From NCBI RefSeq assembly GCF_003334255.1, contig NZ_QOWU01000001.1: a DNA stretch of 64,000 nt, one strand, 5' to 3'. The position numbers were made by a program, and so were the translations under genes. Source of the DNA: Escherichia coli. GTDB taxonomy: Bacteria > Pseudomonadota > Gammaproteobacteria > Enterobacterales > Enterobacteriaceae. Shown piece after piece: positions 1-17,708 of this stretch (its first letter is position 1; every line of letters begins with the position of its first letter). Below the pieces are notes generated by a model. It did not search any database and had not been told where the DNA came from. It was given only the letters and a program-made list of their open reading frames with translations.

Positions 1-171
1 AACAGCGTTACTGACCGCAGGTTGCGACATTCCCAGAACATGAGCGGCACGAGTAATGTTTTGCTCCTGCATCACGGCATCGAAAACGGTTAATAAGTTG
101 AGATCGACCATGCGTAGCTGTGGTTTGCTTAACTCCGCCGTCTCTGGATGATCTGTTTGTACCTCTGGCAT
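1..171 (-). CDS. leuO: LysR-family regulator LeuO, N-terminal 57 codons only (gene continues beyond window start)
   Basis: Reverse complement from ATG at 171..169 translates to [57 protein letters not shown] (LysR HTH region); divergent from leuL as in E. coli. Confidence 0.85.
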   Translation of the reverse strand, partial: MPEVQTDHPETAELSKPQLRMVDLNLLTVFDAVMQEQNITRAAHVLGMSQPAVSNAV

Positions 172-830
172 ACTTAACTCCACTGTCACACTTAACTCCC
201 TTTCCCTTATTGGAATGCAGAGAAATAATCCTGAAGAATATGATTTATCATGCATATAAAATAAGAAAAAGCAAAATGAGTAAAATTCGGAAAACATAAA
301 GATACGGGTTCTGATAAAAACAGAATCCATTGCCGTGGAATGAGTCATTTACCACAGCATAATAATCCATAATGTTTTTGTTGCGAAAACAATCTAATCA
401 TAACTACCGCGAATACTCAATCATCTACAAAATGGATTAAATGTGCTTATTTAATAATTAATTTATATATTTAATGCATTAATTCTTAACATTAATTGAT
501 CAATAATATTCACCAAATCAATATCAAAAAAAATCGCAAAACATATAATTCAATACAAATCATCAGGATAGGTTTTGCAACGCGTGCATTTTGTCCCCTT
601 TTTCCTCGTTGATTAGATGCAAAAATTTATGCTGAAATATGTCAACCGATGAAAAGCGTCGGTAGTTAAGCAGAAATTAATATCGCTTACTTTAACCACC
701 GCAGCACAATTAGCTAATTTTACGGATGCAGAACTCACGCTGGCGGGACGTTTTTATTGCGTCAGGGTTGACATCCGTTTTTGTATCCAGTAACTCTAAA
801 AGCATATCGCATTCATCTGGAGCTGATTTA
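172..830. promoter_or_regulatory. AT-rich leuO-leuL divergent intergenic region containing the leuLABCD promoter (-35 TTGACA at 768..773)
   Basis: Very AT-rich tract between divergent leuO and leuL; TTGACA at 768-773 with a 17-bp spacer to TAACTC just upstream of leuL. Confidence 0.55.
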
Positions 831-917
831 ATGACTCACATCGTTCGCTTTATCGGTCTACTACTACTAAACGCATCTTCTTTGCGCGGTAGACGAGTGA
901 GCGGCATCCAGCATTAA
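831..917 (+). CDS. leuL: leu operon leader peptide (28 aa, four consecutive Leu codons CTA)
   Basis: [28 protein letters not shown] is the last 28 codons of ORF 726..917; run of four CTA Leu codons; followed by an attenuator hairpin. Confidence 0.9.
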
Positions 918-940
918 GCCAGCACGCAGTCAAACAAAAA

Positions 941-967
941 ACCCGCGCCATTGCGCGGGTTTTTTTA
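941..967 (+). terminator. leu attenuator, rho-independent terminator
   Basis: GC hairpin acccgcgcc-attg-cgcgggt followed by a T7 run, between leuL and leuA. Confidence 0.85.
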
Positions 968-1009
968 TGCCCGAAGCGAGGCGCTCTAAAAGAGACAAGG
1001 ACCCAAACC

Positions 1010-3672
<2,663 letters not shown>

Positions 3673-3674
3673 TC

Positions 3675-5691
<2,017 letters not shown>

Positions 5692-5704
5692 TCCCCTTGC
5701 CCGG

Positions 5705-5735
5705 TCAAATGACCGGGCTTTCCGCTATCGTCCAC
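5705..5735. terminator. Bidirectional hairpin between convergent leuD and setA
   Basis: cccggtcaaatgaccggg hairpin located between the two convergent stop codons. Confidence 0.5.
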
Positions 5736-5739
5736 GTCA

Positions 5740-6918
5740 TCAAACGTCTTTAACCTTTGCGGTTAAAAATAATGCGACAACAGAAATAACCGCAATTACC
5801 CAGTAGACAGCAAAGTGCCCCCAACTTTGTGCAATTGCTCCCTGAATAACGCCAGCCAGAATTACCCCGGTAGAAATACTGTTAGTAAATAAGGTGGTAG
5901 CTGCCCCCGCTCTTCCAGGCATTAAATCCTGAAACCATAGCATCCCAATACCCGCAACAATGCCGATAAATACAGCGTTAAAAAGTTGCAGCGTCATCAA
6001 CGCCATACGGCTATTAAAGAAAATCAATCCGGTGTAAAACAGTACTCCTGCCGCCACTGCTATGACCATCATTCGCCGCTTACCATAACGTTTGACATAG
6101 TAGCCAGCCAGAATCATTGCTGGTATTTCCAGTCCAGCTGCCGTCCCCATCAGGAAACCCGCCAGTTTGTCTGGCAATCCTAACTCGCTACTGATCCACA
6201 ACGGCATATCAATAATGTACATGGTGTTGCAGGTCCACATTAACGTCGAGGCGACAAATAACATCCGTACGTTACTATCCTGCCAGCCACCTTGCATTGA
6301 TAAAGCATTTTCCGACGGCAGTTCTACCCGCGCCACAGACGGAAGCATAAATGCAATCAATACCAGACTGAGTGTGAATATCCCGGCGGCAATCGAAAAC
6401 ATCACCGTAAAGCCGTAATTCAACGCCAGCATAAAGGCCAACGGTGGACCGATAACCCATGCCAGAGAAAGCTGCGCACGCATCACCGAGCTAAACATCA
6501 CCACTTCTCGCGCCGAGTTATCCGCATATTCCCGCGCCAGAGCAAATAACTGTGGCATTGCCGTATTGGCCAGAGATGCCAGAAGCACACCACAGGTGAT
6601 AAGCGTCAGATAATGACGATTAAATGCAAACAATAGCGCATTGCCGATAGCCATCAAACAGCAAAATATAATCAGTTTTCGCCGATCGCCCTGACTGTCA
6701 GAACGTTTTGCCAACCAGAGGCTTACGCCGATCCCAGCAATAGCATTCACCGTATAAAAGAGGCCGATCCAGAAAGGTTGCGCGCCAACCTCACGACTCA
6801 GAAATAAGCTCAATGTAGGAGCCTGTAGCGCCCCGGCCACCCCCATCATAAAAGCGACCAGCATAAATGCCGCGTAAACACCGTTCATACGGCGAGCCAT
6901 CGTCATTATCCAGATCAT
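5740..6918 (-). CDS. setA: MFS sugar efflux transporter SetA
   Basis: 392-aa polytopic membrane ORF; immediately downstream of sgrS/sgrT on the same strand. Confidence 0.93.
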   Translation of the reverse strand: MIWIMTMARRMNGVYAAFMLVAFMMGVAGALQAPTLSLFLSREVGAQPFWIGLFYTVNAIAGIGVSLWLAKRSDSQGDRRKLIIFCCLMAIGNALLFAFNRHYLTLITCGVLLASLANTAMPQLFALAREYADNSAREVVMFSSVMRAQLSLAWVIGPPLAFMLALNYGFTVMFSIAAGIFTLSLVLIAFMLPSVARVELPSENALSMQGGWQDSNVRMLFVASTLMWTCNTMYIIDMPLWISSELGLPDKLAGFLMGTAAGLEIPAMILAGYYVKRYGKRRMMVIAVAAGVLFYTGLIFFNSRMALMTLQLFNAVFIGIVAGIGMLWFQDLMPGRAGAATTLFTNSISTGVILAGVIQGAIAQSWGHFAVYWVIAVISVVALFLTAKVKDV

Positions 6919-6945
6919 ACGTTCCCTTTTTAGCGCGGCGAGAAT

Positions 6946-7172
6946 AAAAAAAACCAGCAGGTATAATCTGCTGGCGGGTGATTTTACACCAATACTCAGT
7001 CACACATGATGCAGGCAAGTCAACTTTCAGAATTGCGGTCATCCCACTGCATCAGTCCTTCAAGCATGGTTAATCGTTGTGGGACGCTTAACCAACGCAA
7101 CCAGCACAACTTCGCTGTCGCGGTAAAATAGTGCTGATAAAACTGACGCATGGGGCACCCCCTTGCTTCATC
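6946..7172 (-). ncRNA. sgrS: SgrS small RNA (dual-function: base-pairing sRNA and sgrT mRNA)
   Basis: Minus-strand sequence from 7172 reads GATGAAGCAAGGGGGTGCCCCATGCG...; 3' end is a ccagcagattatacctgctgg hairpin plus T8 at 6974..6946. Confidence 0.88.
7020..7151 (-). CDS. sgrT: SgrT small protein (43 aa) encoded within SgrS
   Basis: MRQFYQHYFTATAKLCWLRWLSVPQRLTMLEGLMQWDDRNSES is the C-terminal 43 codons of ORF 7020..7319. Confidence 0.85.
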   Translation of the reverse strand: MRQFYQHYFTATAKLCWLRWLSVPQRLTMLEGLMQWDDRNSES

Positions 7173-7239
7173 GTTAGGAATTATTGACTTAATATAGGGA
7201 AAATAAAATTGCTGTCTTTTGCACAGGAGTTCCCCTTTT

Positions 7240-8895
7240 ATGCCATCTGCTCGTCTGCAACAACAGTTCATCCGCCTGTGGCAATGCTGCGAGGGTAAAT
7301 CGCAGGACACAACGCTCAACGAACTGGCAGCGTTATTGAGCTGCTCGCGTCGTCATATGCGCACCCTGCTCAACACCATGCAGGATCGCGGCTGGCTGAC
7401 GTGGGAAGCGGAAGTCGGGCGCGGTAAACGCTCGCGTCTGACATTCCTCTATACCGGGCTGGCGCTTCAGCAACAGCGGGCGGAAGACCTGCTGGAGCAG
7501 GATCGTATCGATCAACTGGTGCAGTTGGTTGGCGACAAAGCGACTGTGCGGCAAATGCTGGTTTCTCATCTGGGCCGCAGCTTCCGCCAGGGGCGGCACA
7601 TCCTGCGCGTGCTCTACTATCGTCCGTTGCGTAATCTGCTACCTGGCAGCGCATTGCGCCGTTCCGAAACCCATATCGCCCGGCAAATCTTCAGTTCGCT
7701 AACGCGCATAAATGAGGAAAATGGGGAACTGGAAGCAGACATCGCCCACCACTGGCAGCAAATTTCACCGCTTCACTGGCGTTTCTTTTTGCGTCCAGGA
7801 GTCCATTTTCACCATGGTCGTGAACTGGAAATGGACGATGTGATCGCCTCTTTAAAACGAATCAATACGCTGCCGCTCTATTCGCATATTGCTGACATTG
7901 TGTCGCCGACGCCCTGGACGCTGGATATCCATCTCACGCAACCGGACCGCTGGTTACCGTTACTGCTGGGGCAAGTTCCGGCGATGATCCTGCCGCGCGA
8001 ATGGGAAACCCTCAGTAACTTTGCCAGCCATCCCATCGGCACCGGTCCGTATGCGGTGATTCGCAACAGCACCAATCAACTGAAAATTCAGGCATTCGAT
8101 GACTTCTTCGGTTACCGGGCATTAATCGACGAAGTTAACGTCTGGGTTCTGCCGGAAATTGCCGACGAGCCAGCCGGAGGGCTGATGCTAAAAGGTCCAC
8201 AGGGCGAGGAAAAAGAGATTGAAAGCCGCCTGGAGGAAGGTTGCTACTATTTACTGTTCGACAGCCGCACCCATCGCGGGGCGAATCAGCAAGTCAGGGA
8301 CTGGGTAAGCTATGTGCTTTCTCCAACTAATCTGGTCTATTTCGCTGAGGAACAGTACCAGCAACTGTGGTTCCCGGCTTATGGACTGCTCCCCCGTTGG
8401 CACCATGCCCGCACCATAAAGAGCGAAAAACCGGCTGGCCTGGAAAGCCTCACCCTAACCTTTTATCAGGATCACAGTGAGCATCGGGTGATTGCCGGGA
8501 TCATGCAGCAGATTCTGGCAAGTCACCAGGTCACGCTGAAAATCAAAGAGATCGACTACGATCAGTGGCATACAGGAGAGATCGAAAGTGATATCTGGCT
8601 AAACAGCGCCAACTTTACCCTGCCGCTGGACTTCTCTGTTTTCGCACATTTATGCGAAGTGCCACTGCTACAACATTGCATTCCCATTGACTGGCAAGCC
8701 GACGCTGCTCGCTGGCGCAATGGCGAGATGAATCTGGCGAACTGGTGCCAGCAACTGGTCGCCAGCAAAGCGATGGTGCCATTATTGCACCACTGGCTGA
8801 TCATTCAGGGGCAACGCAGTATGCGCGGCCTGCGCATGAATACCCTCGGCTGGTTCGATTTTAAATCAGCGTGGTTTGCGCCACCGGATCCATGA
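7240..8895 (+). CDS. sgrR: Transcriptional activator SgrR (HTH plus solute-binding-like domain)
   Basis: 551 aa from ATG at 7240 ([15 protein letters not shown]...); divergent from sgrS. Confidence 0.93.
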   Translation: MPSARLQQQFIRLWQCCEGKSQDTTLNELAALLSCSRRHMRTLLNTMQDRGWLTWEAEVGRGKRSRLTFLYTGLALQQQRAEDLLEQDRIDQLVQLVGDKATVRQMLVSHLGRSFRQGRHILRVLYYRPLRNLLPGSALRRSETHIARQIFSSLTRINEENGELEADIAHHWQQISPLHWRFFLRPGVHFHHGRELEMDDVIASLKRINTLPLYSHIADIVSPTPWTLDIHLTQPDRWLPLLLGQVPAMILPREWETLSNFASHPIGTGPYAVIRNSTNQLKIQAFDDFFGYRALIDEVNVWVLPEIADEPAGGLMLKGPQGEEKEIESRLEEGCYYLLFDSRTHRGANQQVRDWVSYVLSPTNLVYFAEEQYQQLWFPAYGLLPRWHHARTIKSEKPAGLESLTLTFYQDHSEHRVIAGIMQQILASHQVTLKIKEIDYDQWHTGEIESDIWLNSANFTLPLDFSVFAHLCEVPLLQHCIPIDWQADAARWRNGEMNLANWCQQLVASKAMVPLLHHWLIIQGQRSMRGLRMNTLGWFDFKSAWFAPPDP

Positions 8896-8924
8896 TTGCT
8901 GGTTGATAACAAAATCACTACACT

Positions 8925-9015
8925 AACGCCGTTCTCAACGGGGTGCCACGCGTACGCGTGCGCTGAGAAAATACCCGTCGAACCTGATCCGGATAACGCC
9001 GGCGAAGGGATTTGA
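8925..9015 (+). promoter_or_regulatory. sroA: TPP (THI-box) riboswitch in the thiBPQ leader
   Basis: Conserved THI-box elements ggggtgcc ... gctgaga ... accc ... aacctgatccggataacgccggcgaaggga directly upstream of thiB. Confidence 0.8.
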
Positions 9016-9058
9016 GGCTCCTTCTCAAGTCCTTTGCCACTCTTTTTTGAGGTGCAAA

Positions 9059-10042
9059 GTGTTAAAAAAATGTCTGCCCCTGCTGTTGCTGTGCACAGCG
9101 CCCGTTTTCGCTAAACCCGTTCTGACTGTTTATACCTACGATTCCTTCGCCGCCGACTGGGGGCCTGGTCCGGTGGTTAAAAAAGCCTTTGAAGCCGACT
9201 GTAATTGCGAACTGAAACTGGTGGCGCTGGAAGATGGCGTTTCGCTTCTCAACCGTCTACGGATGGAAGGCAAAAACAGTAAAGCCGATGTGGTGCTGGG
9301 GCTGGATAACAACCTGTTAGACGCCGCCAGTAAAACCGGACTGTTTGCCAAAAGCGGTGTGGCAGCGGATGCCGTTAACGTTCCCGGCGGCTGGAATAAT
9401 GACACTTTCGTACCGTTTGATTATGGCTACTTCGCCTTCGTTTATGACAAGAACAAACTGAAAAACCCGCCACAAAGCCTGAAAGAACTGGTTGAGAGCG
9501 ATCAAAACTGGCGGGTGATTTATCAGGATCCGCGCACCAGTACACCGGGGCTGGGTCTGTTGCTATGGATGCAAAAAGTCTATGGCGATGACGCCCCACA
9601 AGCCTGGCAGAAACTGGCGAAGAAAACGGTCACGGTCACCAAAGGCTGGAGCGAAGCCTACGGCCTGTTTTTAAAAGGTGAAAGCGATCTGGTACTGAGT
9701 TACACCACCTCTCCGGCTTATCACATTCTCGAAGAGAAGAAAGATAACTACGCCGCCGCGAACTTCAGCGAAGGTCACTATCTGCAAGTGGAAGTCGCCG
9801 CCCGCACCGCTGCCAGCAAGCAGCCGGAGCTGGCGCAAAAATTCCTCCAGTTTATGGTTTCTCCGGCTTTCCAGAATGCGATCCCAACCGGCAACTGGAT
9901 GTATCCGGTGGCAAACGTCACGCTGCCTGCCGGTTTTGAAAAATTGACCAAACCCGCAACCACGTTGGAGTTCACGCCAGCCGAAGTGGCGGCACAACGT
10001 CAGGCATGGATTAGCGAATGGCAACGCGCCGTCAGCCGTTAA
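9059..10042 (+). CDS. thiB: Thiamine ABC transporter periplasmic binding protein (GTG start)
   Basis: 327 aa from GTG at 9059 (MLKKCLPLLLLCTAPVFA, signal peptide); the ORF track extends upstream to a TTG at 9047. Confidence 0.92.
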   Translation: MLKKCLPLLLLCTAPVFAKPVLTVYTYDSFAADWGPGPVVKKAFEADCNCELKLVALEDGVSLLNRLRMEGKNSKADVVLGLDNNLLDAASKTGLFAKSGVAADAVNVPGGWNNDTFVPFDYGYFAFVYDKNKLKNPPQSLKELVESDQNWRVIYQDPRTSTPGLGLLLWMQKVYGDDAPQAWQKLAKKTVTVTKGWSEAYGLFLKGESDLVLSYTTSPAYHILEEKKDNYAAANFSEGHYLQVEVAARTAASKQPELAQKFLQFMVSPAFQNAIPTGNWMYPVANVTLPAGFEKLTKPATTLEFTPAEVAAQRQAWISEWQRAVSR

Positions 10043-11629
10043 TTCCCGGCTGGTTAATTCCAGGTGTAAGCGCCACCACGCTGGTGGTAGCGGTTGCGCT
10101 GGCGGCGTTTCTCGCCCTGTGGTGGAACGCGCCGCAGGATGACTGGGTGGCAGTCTGGCAGGACAGCTATCTGTGGCATGTGGTGCGCTTCTCCTTCTGG
10201 CAGGCGTTTCTCTCGGCACTGCTCTCTGTCATACCCGCGATATTCCTCGCCCGCGCGCTCTATCGCAGGCGCTTTCCGGGTCGGCTGGCGCTGTTGCGTC
10301 TGTGTGCAATGACCTTGATCCTCCCGGTGTTGGTCGCTGTTTTCGGCATTCTTAGCGTCTATGGTCGCCAGGGCTGGCTGGCAACACTCTGCCAATTCGC
10401 TCGGTCTGGAGTGGACCTTTTCGCCCTACGGCCTGCAAGGTATTTTGCTGGCCCATGTGTTTTTTAATCTGCCGATGGCGAGCCGCTTATTACTCCAGGC
10501 ACTGGAAAACATCCCCGGCGAACAGCGTCAACTTGCCGCCCAGCTTGGGATGCGTAGCTGGCATTTTTTCCGCTTCGTCGAATGGCCGTGGTTACGGCGA
10601 CAAATCCCGCCGGTTGCTGCGCTTATCTTTATGCTCTGTTTCGCCAGCTTCGCCACCGTGCTATCGCTGGGGGGCGGTCCGCAGGCGACCACTATCGAGC
10701 TGGCAATCTATCAGGCGCTGAGTTACGACTACGATCCTGCCCGCGCGGCAATGCTGGCGCTGCTCCAGATGGTGTGCTGCCTCGGGCTGGTGCTGTTGAG
10801 TCAGCGATTGAGTAAGGCCATTGCGCCCGGCACCACGCTGCTGCAAGGCTGGCGCGACCCGGACGATCGTCTGCATAGCCGCATTTGCGACACGGTGTTA
10901 ATTGTGCTGGCGCTGCTGCTGTTGCTGCCACCGTTACTGGCGGTGATCGTCGATGGGGTAAATCGCCAGTTGCCGGAAGTGCTGGCACAACCGGTGCTGT
11001 GGCAGGCGCTGTGGACCTCGTTGCGTATTGCGCTGGCGGCAGGTGTATTGTGCGTAGTGCTGACCATGATGCTGCTATGGAGCAGTCGCGAACTGCGGGC
11101 GCGGCAGAAAATGCTGGCGGGTCAGGTGCTGGAGATGAGCGGCATGTTGATCCTCGCCATGCCGGGGATTGTGCTGGCTACCGGCTTCTTTTTACTGCTC
11201 AACAACACTATCGGCCTGCCACAATCTGCTGACGGCATTGTGATTTTCACCAATGCGTTAATGGCGATCCCTTATGCGCTGAAAGTGCTGGAAAACCCGA
11301 TGCGCGATATCACCGCCCGCTACAGCATGTTATGTCAGTCGCTGGGGATTGAAGGCTGGTCACGCTTAAAAGTGGTGGAGCTGCGCGCCCTGAAACGTCC
11401 ACTGGCGCAGGCGCTGGCCTTTGCATGCGTGCTGTCGATTGGTGATTTTGGCGTGGTGGCGTTGTTCGGTAACGATGATTTCCGCACCCTGCCGTTTTAT
11501 CTCTACCAGCAAATTGGCTCCTATCGCAGCCAGGACGGTGCGGTCACCGCGTTAATTCTGCTGCTGCTCTGTTTTCTGCTGTTTACCGTGATTGAAAAAC
11601 TACCGGGGCGAAATGTTAAAACTGACTGA
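10018..11629 (+). pseudogene. thiP: Thiamine ABC transporter permease ThiP, reading frame broken by an apparent +1 frameshift near 10396
   Basis: Two overlapping ORFs in different frames (10018..10467 and 10361..11629); the span is 1612 bp, not a multiple of 3; both carry ThiP-like sequence. Confidence 0.7.
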
Positions 11630-12311
11630 TATCACCTGGCTTTACCACCATTTGCCGATGCGTTTTAGCTTAACGGTGGAACGCGGCGAGCAGGTGGCGA
11701 TCCTCGGGCCAAGCGGCGCGGGTAAAAGTACCCTGCTGAATTTGATCGCCGGTTTTCTGACGCCAGCCAGCGGTTCGCTGACTATCGATGGCGTAGATCA
11801 CACAACTATGCCGCCGTCACGCCGTCCGGTGTCGATGCTGTTTCAGGAGAACAACCTGTTCAGCCACCTGACGGTCGCACAGAACATCGGGCTGGGGCTA
11901 AATCCGGGATTGAAACTGAACGCGGTACAGCAGGGGAAAATGCACGCTATCGCCCGCCAGATGGGGATTGATAATTTAATGGCGCGGTTACCGGGCGAGC
12001 TTTCCGGCGGTCAGCGACAGCGAGTGGCGTTAGCGCGTTGTCTGGTACGCGAACAGCCGATTTTATTGCTCGATGAACCGTTCTCTGCGCTCGATCCGGC
12101 GTTACGTCAGGAGATGTTGACGCTGGTGAGCACGAGCTGCCAGCAGCAAAAAATGACGCTATTGATGGTGTCGCACAGCGTGGAAGATGCGGCGCGGATC
12201 GCCACGCGCTCGGTAGTAGTCGCCGACGGGCGCATCGCCTGGCAGGGTATGACCAATGAGTTGTTGAGCGGTAAGGCGAGTGCTTCGGCACTATTGGGGA
12301 TTACGGGTTAG
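11613..12311 (+). CDS. thiQ: Thiamine ABC transporter ATP-binding protein
   Basis: 232 aa from ATG at 11613; Walker [10 protein letters not shown] and ABC signature LSGGQRQR; overlaps the thiP 3' end by 17 nt. Confidence 0.94.
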   Translation: MLKLTDITWLYHHLPMRFSLTVERGEQVAILGPSGAGKSTLLNLIAGFLTPASGSLTIDGVDHTTMPPSRRPVSMLFQENNLFSHLTVAQNIGLGLNPGLKLNAVQQGKMHAIARQMGIDNLMARLPGELSGGQRQRVALARCLVREQPILLLDEPFSALDPALRQEMLTLVSTSCQQQKMTLLMVSHSVEDAARIATRSVVVADGRIAWQGMTNELLSGKASASALLGITG

Positions 12312-12318
12312 TATGCAC

Positions 12319-12404
<86 letters not shown>

Positions 12405-12424
12405 AACCCGCACAAGACTATCTC

Positions 12425-13189
12425 CTAAACCCCAACCACTTTACGCAAAATATCGATATACACCGGCATCAACGGGTGGCGAATTAACACCACCAGCGCC
12501 ACCACGCCGATGGCAGAAATCAACGGCGTCAGCCACAACAAACGACCGCGGGACAAATAATGACTCAAACGGTCAGTCGCTTTACCGCTGCGCCATAACC
12601 GCCAGCACAGCCAGCCACCAACCCACAAAAACACCGCTGTTGCCAGCAGCAACCATTTAAACTCACCGCTCTGCATTCCGGCAGGAATATCGATCGCCGC
12701 GCCCGCCAGAATCCCTGGCAGGAAGTAAAACGGCGGCCACAGCAGGCAGCCGATAATATTCGGCGTAATAAATTTAGCCACCGGCAGATCCAGCATTCCC
12801 GCCACCATTGGCACCAGCGGACGCGTCGGGCCAACAAAACGACCGACCAGAATGGTGAACATGCTGTGTTGATGCAACGCATGTTCAGTTTTATCAAGTA
12901 GTGCTTTGTTTTTCTTCAGAAATGACCAGCGATGCAACGGCTTTTTAAAACGCCAACCCAGCCAGAAAGAAATCCAGTCGCCCATCAAGCAGCCAATAAT
13001 CCCTGCCAGCCAGGCGTGCCAGAAACTTAACTCGCCGCTGCCAATCAGCGCTCCCAGCCCCGCCATCAGCACCGTACCGGGTAGAATCAAACCGACCAGC
13101 GCCAGCGACTCCAGAAAGGCCACCAACACCACCGCCATCAATGAATACACGGTGGATTGGGTAATAAAGTGTTCCAGCAATGCTTGCAT
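12425..13189 (-). CDS. yabI: DedA-family inner membrane protein
   Basis: 254-aa membrane ORF; position between thiQ and araC. Confidence 0.9.
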   Translation of the reverse strand: MQALLEHFITQSTVYSLMAVVLVAFLESLALVGLILPGTVLMAGLGALIGSGELSFWHAWLAGIIGCLMGDWISFWLGWRFKKPLHRWSFLKKNKALLDKTEHALHQHSMFTILVGRFVGPTRPLVPMVAGMLDLPVAKFITPNIIGCLLWPPFYFLPGILAGAAIDIPAGMQSGEFKWLLLATAVFLWVGGWLCWRLWRSGKATDRLSHYLSRGRLLWLTPLISAIGVVALVVLIRHPLMPVYIDILRKVVGV

Positions 13190-13274
13190 AATGTGCCTGT
13201 CAAATGGACGAAGCAGGGATTCTGCAAACCCTATGCTACTCCGTCAAGCCGTCAATTGTCTGATTCGTTACCAA

Positions 13275-14153
13275 TTATGACAACTTGACGGCTACATCAT
13301 TCACTTTTTCTTCACAACCGGCACGAAACTCGCTCGGGCTGGCCCCGGTGCATTTTTTAAATACTCGCGAGAAATAGAGTTGATCGTCAAAACCAACATT
13401 GCGACCGACGGTGGCGATAGGCATCCGGGTAGTGCTCAAAAGCAGCTTCGCCTGACTAATGCGTTGGTCCTCGCGCCAGCTTAAGACGCTAATCCCTAAC
13501 TGCTGGCGGAAAAGATGTGACAGACGCGACGGCGACAAGCAAACATGCTGTGCGACGCTGGCGATATCAAAATTGCTGTCTGCCAGGTGATCGCTGATGT
13601 ACTGACAAGCCTCGCGTACCCGATTATCCATCGGTGGATGGAGCGACTCGTTAATCGCTTCCATGCGCCGCAGTAACAATTGCTCAAGCAGATTTATCGC
13701 CAGCAGCTCCGAATAGCGCCCTTCCCCTTGCCCGGCGTTAATGATTTGCCCAAACAGGTCGCTGAAATGCGGCTGGTGCGCTTCATCCGGGCGAAAGAAA
13801 CCCGTATTGGCAAATATTGACGGCCAGTTAAGCCATTCATGCCAGTAGGCGCGCGGACGAAAGTAAACCCACTGGTGATACCATTCGCGAGCCTCCGGAT
13901 GACGACCGTAGTGATGAATCTCTCCTGGCGGGAACAGCAAAATATCACCCGGTCGGCAGACAAATTCTCGTCCCTGATTTTTCACCACCCCCTGACCGCG
14001 AATGGTGAGATTGAGAATATAACCTTTCATTCCCAGCGGTCGGTCGATAAAAAAATCGAGATAACCGTTGGCCTCAATCGGCGTTAAACCCGCCACCAGA
14101 TGGGCGTTAAACGAGTATCCCGGCAGCAGGGGATCATTTTGCGCTTCAGCCAT
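13275..14153 (-). CDS. araC: Arabinose operon regulator AraC
   Basis: 292 aa from ATG at 14153 ([22 protein letters not shown]...); the ORF track extends 17 codons upstream. Confidence 0.96.
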
Positions 14154-16192
<2,039 letters not shown>

Positions 16193-16202
16193 GGACACGA
16201 TA

Positions 16203-17705
16203 ATGACGATTTTTGATAATTATGAAGTGTGGTTTGTCATTGGCAGCCAGCATCTGTATGGCCCGGAAACCCTGCGTCAGGTCACCCAACATGCCGAGCA
16301 CGTCGTTAATGCGCTGAATACGGAAGCGAAACTGCCCTGCAAACTGGTGTTGAAACCGCTGGGCACCACGCCGGATGAAATCACCGCTATTTGCCGCGAC
16401 GCGAATTACGACGATCGTTGCGCTGGTCTGGTGGTGTGGCTGCACACCTTCTCCCCGGCCAAAATGTGGATCAACGGCCTGACCATGCTCAACAAACCGT
16501 TGCTGCAATTCCACACCCAGTTCAACGCGGCGCTGCCGTGGGACAGTATCGATATGGACTTTATGAACCTGAACCAGACTGCACATGGCGGTCGCGAGTT
16601 CGGCTTCATTGGCGCGCGTATGCGTCAGCAACATGCCGTGGTTACCGGTCACTGGCAGGATAAACAAGCCCATGAGCGTATCGGCTCCTGGATGCGTCAG
16701 GCGGTCTCTAAACAGGATACCCGTCATCTGAAAGTCTGCCGATTTGGCGATAACATGCGTGAAGTGGCGGTCACCGATGGCGATAAAGTTGCCGCACAGA
16801 TCAAGTTCGGTTTCTCCGTCAATACCTGGGCGGTTGGCGATCTGGTGCAGGTGGTGAACTCCATCAGCGACGGCGATGTTAACGCGCTGGTCGATGAGTA
16901 CGAAAGCTGCTACACCATGACGCCTGCCACACAAATCCACGGCAAAAAACGACAGAACGTGCTGGAAGCGGCGCGTATTGAGCTGGGGATGAAGCGTTTC
17001 CTGGAACAAGGTGGCTTCCACGCGTTCACCACCACCTTTGAAGATTTGCACGGTCTGAAACAGCTTCCTGGTCTGGCCGTACAGCGTCTGATGCAGCAGG
17101 GTTACGGCTTTGCGGGCGAAGGCGACTGGAAAACTGCCGCCCTGCTTCGCATCATGAAGGTGATGTCAACCGGTCTGCAGGGCGGCACCTCCTTTATGGA
17201 GGACTACACCTATCACTTCGAGAAAGGTAATGACCTGGTGCTCGGCTCCCATATGCTGGAAGTCTGCCCGTCGATCGCCGCAGAAGAGAAACCGATCCTC
17301 GACGTTCAGCATCTCGGTATTGGTGGTAAGGACGATCCTGCCCGCCTGATCTTCAATACCCAAACCGGCCCAGCGATTGTCGCCAGCTTGATTGATCTCG
17401 GCGATCGTTACCGTCTACTGGTTAACTGCATCGACACGGTGAAAACACCGCACTCCCTGCCGAAACTGCCGGTGGCGAATGCGCTGTGGAAAGCGCAACC
17501 GGATCTGCCAACTGCTTCCGAAGCGTGGATCCTCGCTGGTGGCGCGCACCATACCGTCTTCAGCCATGCACTGAACCTCAACGATATGCGCCAATTCGCC
17601 GAGATGCACGACATTGAAATCACGGTGATTGATAACGACACACGCCTGCCAGCGTTTAAAGACGCGCTGCGCTGGAACGAAGTGTATTACGGGTTTCGTC
17701 GCTAA
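16203..17705 (+). CDS. araA: L-arabinose isomerase
   Basis: 500 aa from ATG at 16203 ([20 protein letters not shown]...). Confidence 0.96.
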   Translation: MTIFDNYEVWFVIGSQHLYGPETLRQVTQHAEHVVNALNTEAKLPCKLVLKPLGTTPDEITAICRDANYDDRCAGLVVWLHTFSPAKMWINGLTMLNKPLLQFHTQFNAALPWDSIDMDFMNLNQTAHGGREFGFIGARMRQQHAVVTGHWQDKQAHERIGSWMRQAVSKQDTRHLKVCRFGDNMREVAVTDGDKVAAQIKFGFSVNTWAVGDLVQVVNSISDGDVNALVDEYESCYTMTPATQIHGKKRQNVLEAARIELGMKRFLEQGGFHAFTTTFEDLHGLKQLPGLAVQRLMQQGYGFAGEGDWKTAALLRIMKVMSTGLQGGTSFMEDYTYHFEKGNDLVLGSHMLEVCPSIAAEEKPILDVQHLGIGGKDDPARLIFNTQTGPAIVASLIDLGDRYRLLVNCIDTVKTPHSLPKLPVANALWKAQPDLPTASEAWILAGGAHHTVFSHALNLNDMRQFAEMHDIEITVIDNDTRLPAFKDALRWNEVYYGFRR

Positions 17706-17708
17706 GTA

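Noticed and set aside
726-917. 63-aa ORF-track entry upstream of leuA
   Set aside because: Only the last 28 codons (831..917) correspond to the leucine leader peptide; the upstream extension lies in the promoter region and is an artefact of longest-ORF calling.
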